Below are positions 63,375 to 64,000 of a stretch of DNA of 64,000 nt, one piece after another. The stretch lies in contig JARDVH010000073.1 of NCBI GenBank assembly GCA_030324005.1, positions 102,873,908 to 102,937,907 of the forward strand, read 5' to 3'. The translations under genes and the position numbers were made by a program. Origin of the DNA: Negaprion brevirostris (lineage: Eukaryota). How positions within the stretch are numbered: position 1 is the stretch's first letter; every line of letters begins with the position of its first letter. Under the pieces are notes generated by a model. The model ran no database searches. It saw nothing but the letters and a program-made list of their open reading frames with translations, and had not been told where the DNA came from.

Positions 63375-64000
63375 ATTGAAGGAAATTTCTGCTCATCCAG
63401 TATTAGCTATTGCATAAGCAGTCTAATTACTTAGCAACAATGGAGGGTCGTGAGAGATGGTGGTGAGGTAGAATAGGGTATCAACAGCTATATATATGAA
63501 AATTCTCACTTTTTGGATTATGTTGCTGAGGGGCAGTGCGTAAATAAGAAATAGGAGGGGATCAAAGGTAATAGAGCGGGAATCGTGGTCCTCTGGCTAT
63601 GATTAAAAGAACAGAACTAGGTAAGACCAGTCACACCCAGCTGGAGAATGAAGAAGTGTTGGGGGAGGATGGTGTGGACAGCTGAGACAAATGCTGTAAC
63701 CAAACTGGGAAGGATGAGAATTGACAGTGTATCTTTGTCATAATCACATAAGCTGTCGTTTGTGAGAGTTATTTTGGTACTTGTGGTAGGGGCAGAAACC
63801 TGATTGAAGGTCTTCAAACATGGAGTTCCGGAAAGATGAGCATAGATTTGGGAAGTGGCAACAGGTTCGAGGACTTTGGAGATGAAAGAGCGGTTGGAGA
63901 TGTGATGGTCCTTTTCAAGGATAGTGGGGTCAAGAATGTTTCGAGGAGAGGGATGATGATGGCAAATATAAAGGAAATCAGGACAAGATCTGAAGAGAGA
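63375..64000 (-). mobile_element. L2 LINE RT fragment, running off the window edge
   Basis: STKITLTNDSLCDYDKDTLSILILPSLVTAFVSAVHTILP resembles the L2 STETAL.KV.ND......LLDLSAAFDTVDH.ILL motif. Confidence 0.7.

Noticed and set aside
1-64000. CRISPR arrays, operons, rRNA genes or prokaryotic systems
   Set aside because: None seen; the sequence is vertebrate intron-like DNA with no regularly spaced repeats.

Overview
AT-rich, CpG-depleted, repeat-dense vertebrate genomic DNA from a gapped draft scaffold (10-N, 100-N and longer gaps). The repeat content (HE1-type V-SINEs, SacSINE1-type DeuSINEs, many CR1/HER1-like LINE fragments) points to a shark or other elasmobranch; this is an inference. The only host coding sequence I recognise is one 148-bp + strand exon (4353-4500) of a HIP1R/HIP1 (huntingtin-interacting protein 1 family) gene, and I could not find its neighbouring exons elsewhere in the window. 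The rest is intron-like DNA. It holds a decayed Gypsy LTR retrotransposon (14471-20035) with LTRs, PBS, PPT and a CCATT target-site duplication, plus CR1, L2, Rex-Babar and L1 fragments. It also holds a Penelope-like GIY-YIG element with inverted arms and several Penelope-type hammerhead-ribozyme relics. The most interesting leads are minus-strand splice signals (a 21-nt microexon-like segment at 32711-32731 and a recursive-splice-site/RS-exon-like motif at 56976-57144), the apparently orphan HIP1R/HIP1 exon, and tiny hammerhead-bearing insertions. Most ORFs in the supplied track are spurious or transposon-derived. Repeat boundaries were read by eye and are approximate, family assignments come from remembered consensus features, and no database search was run.
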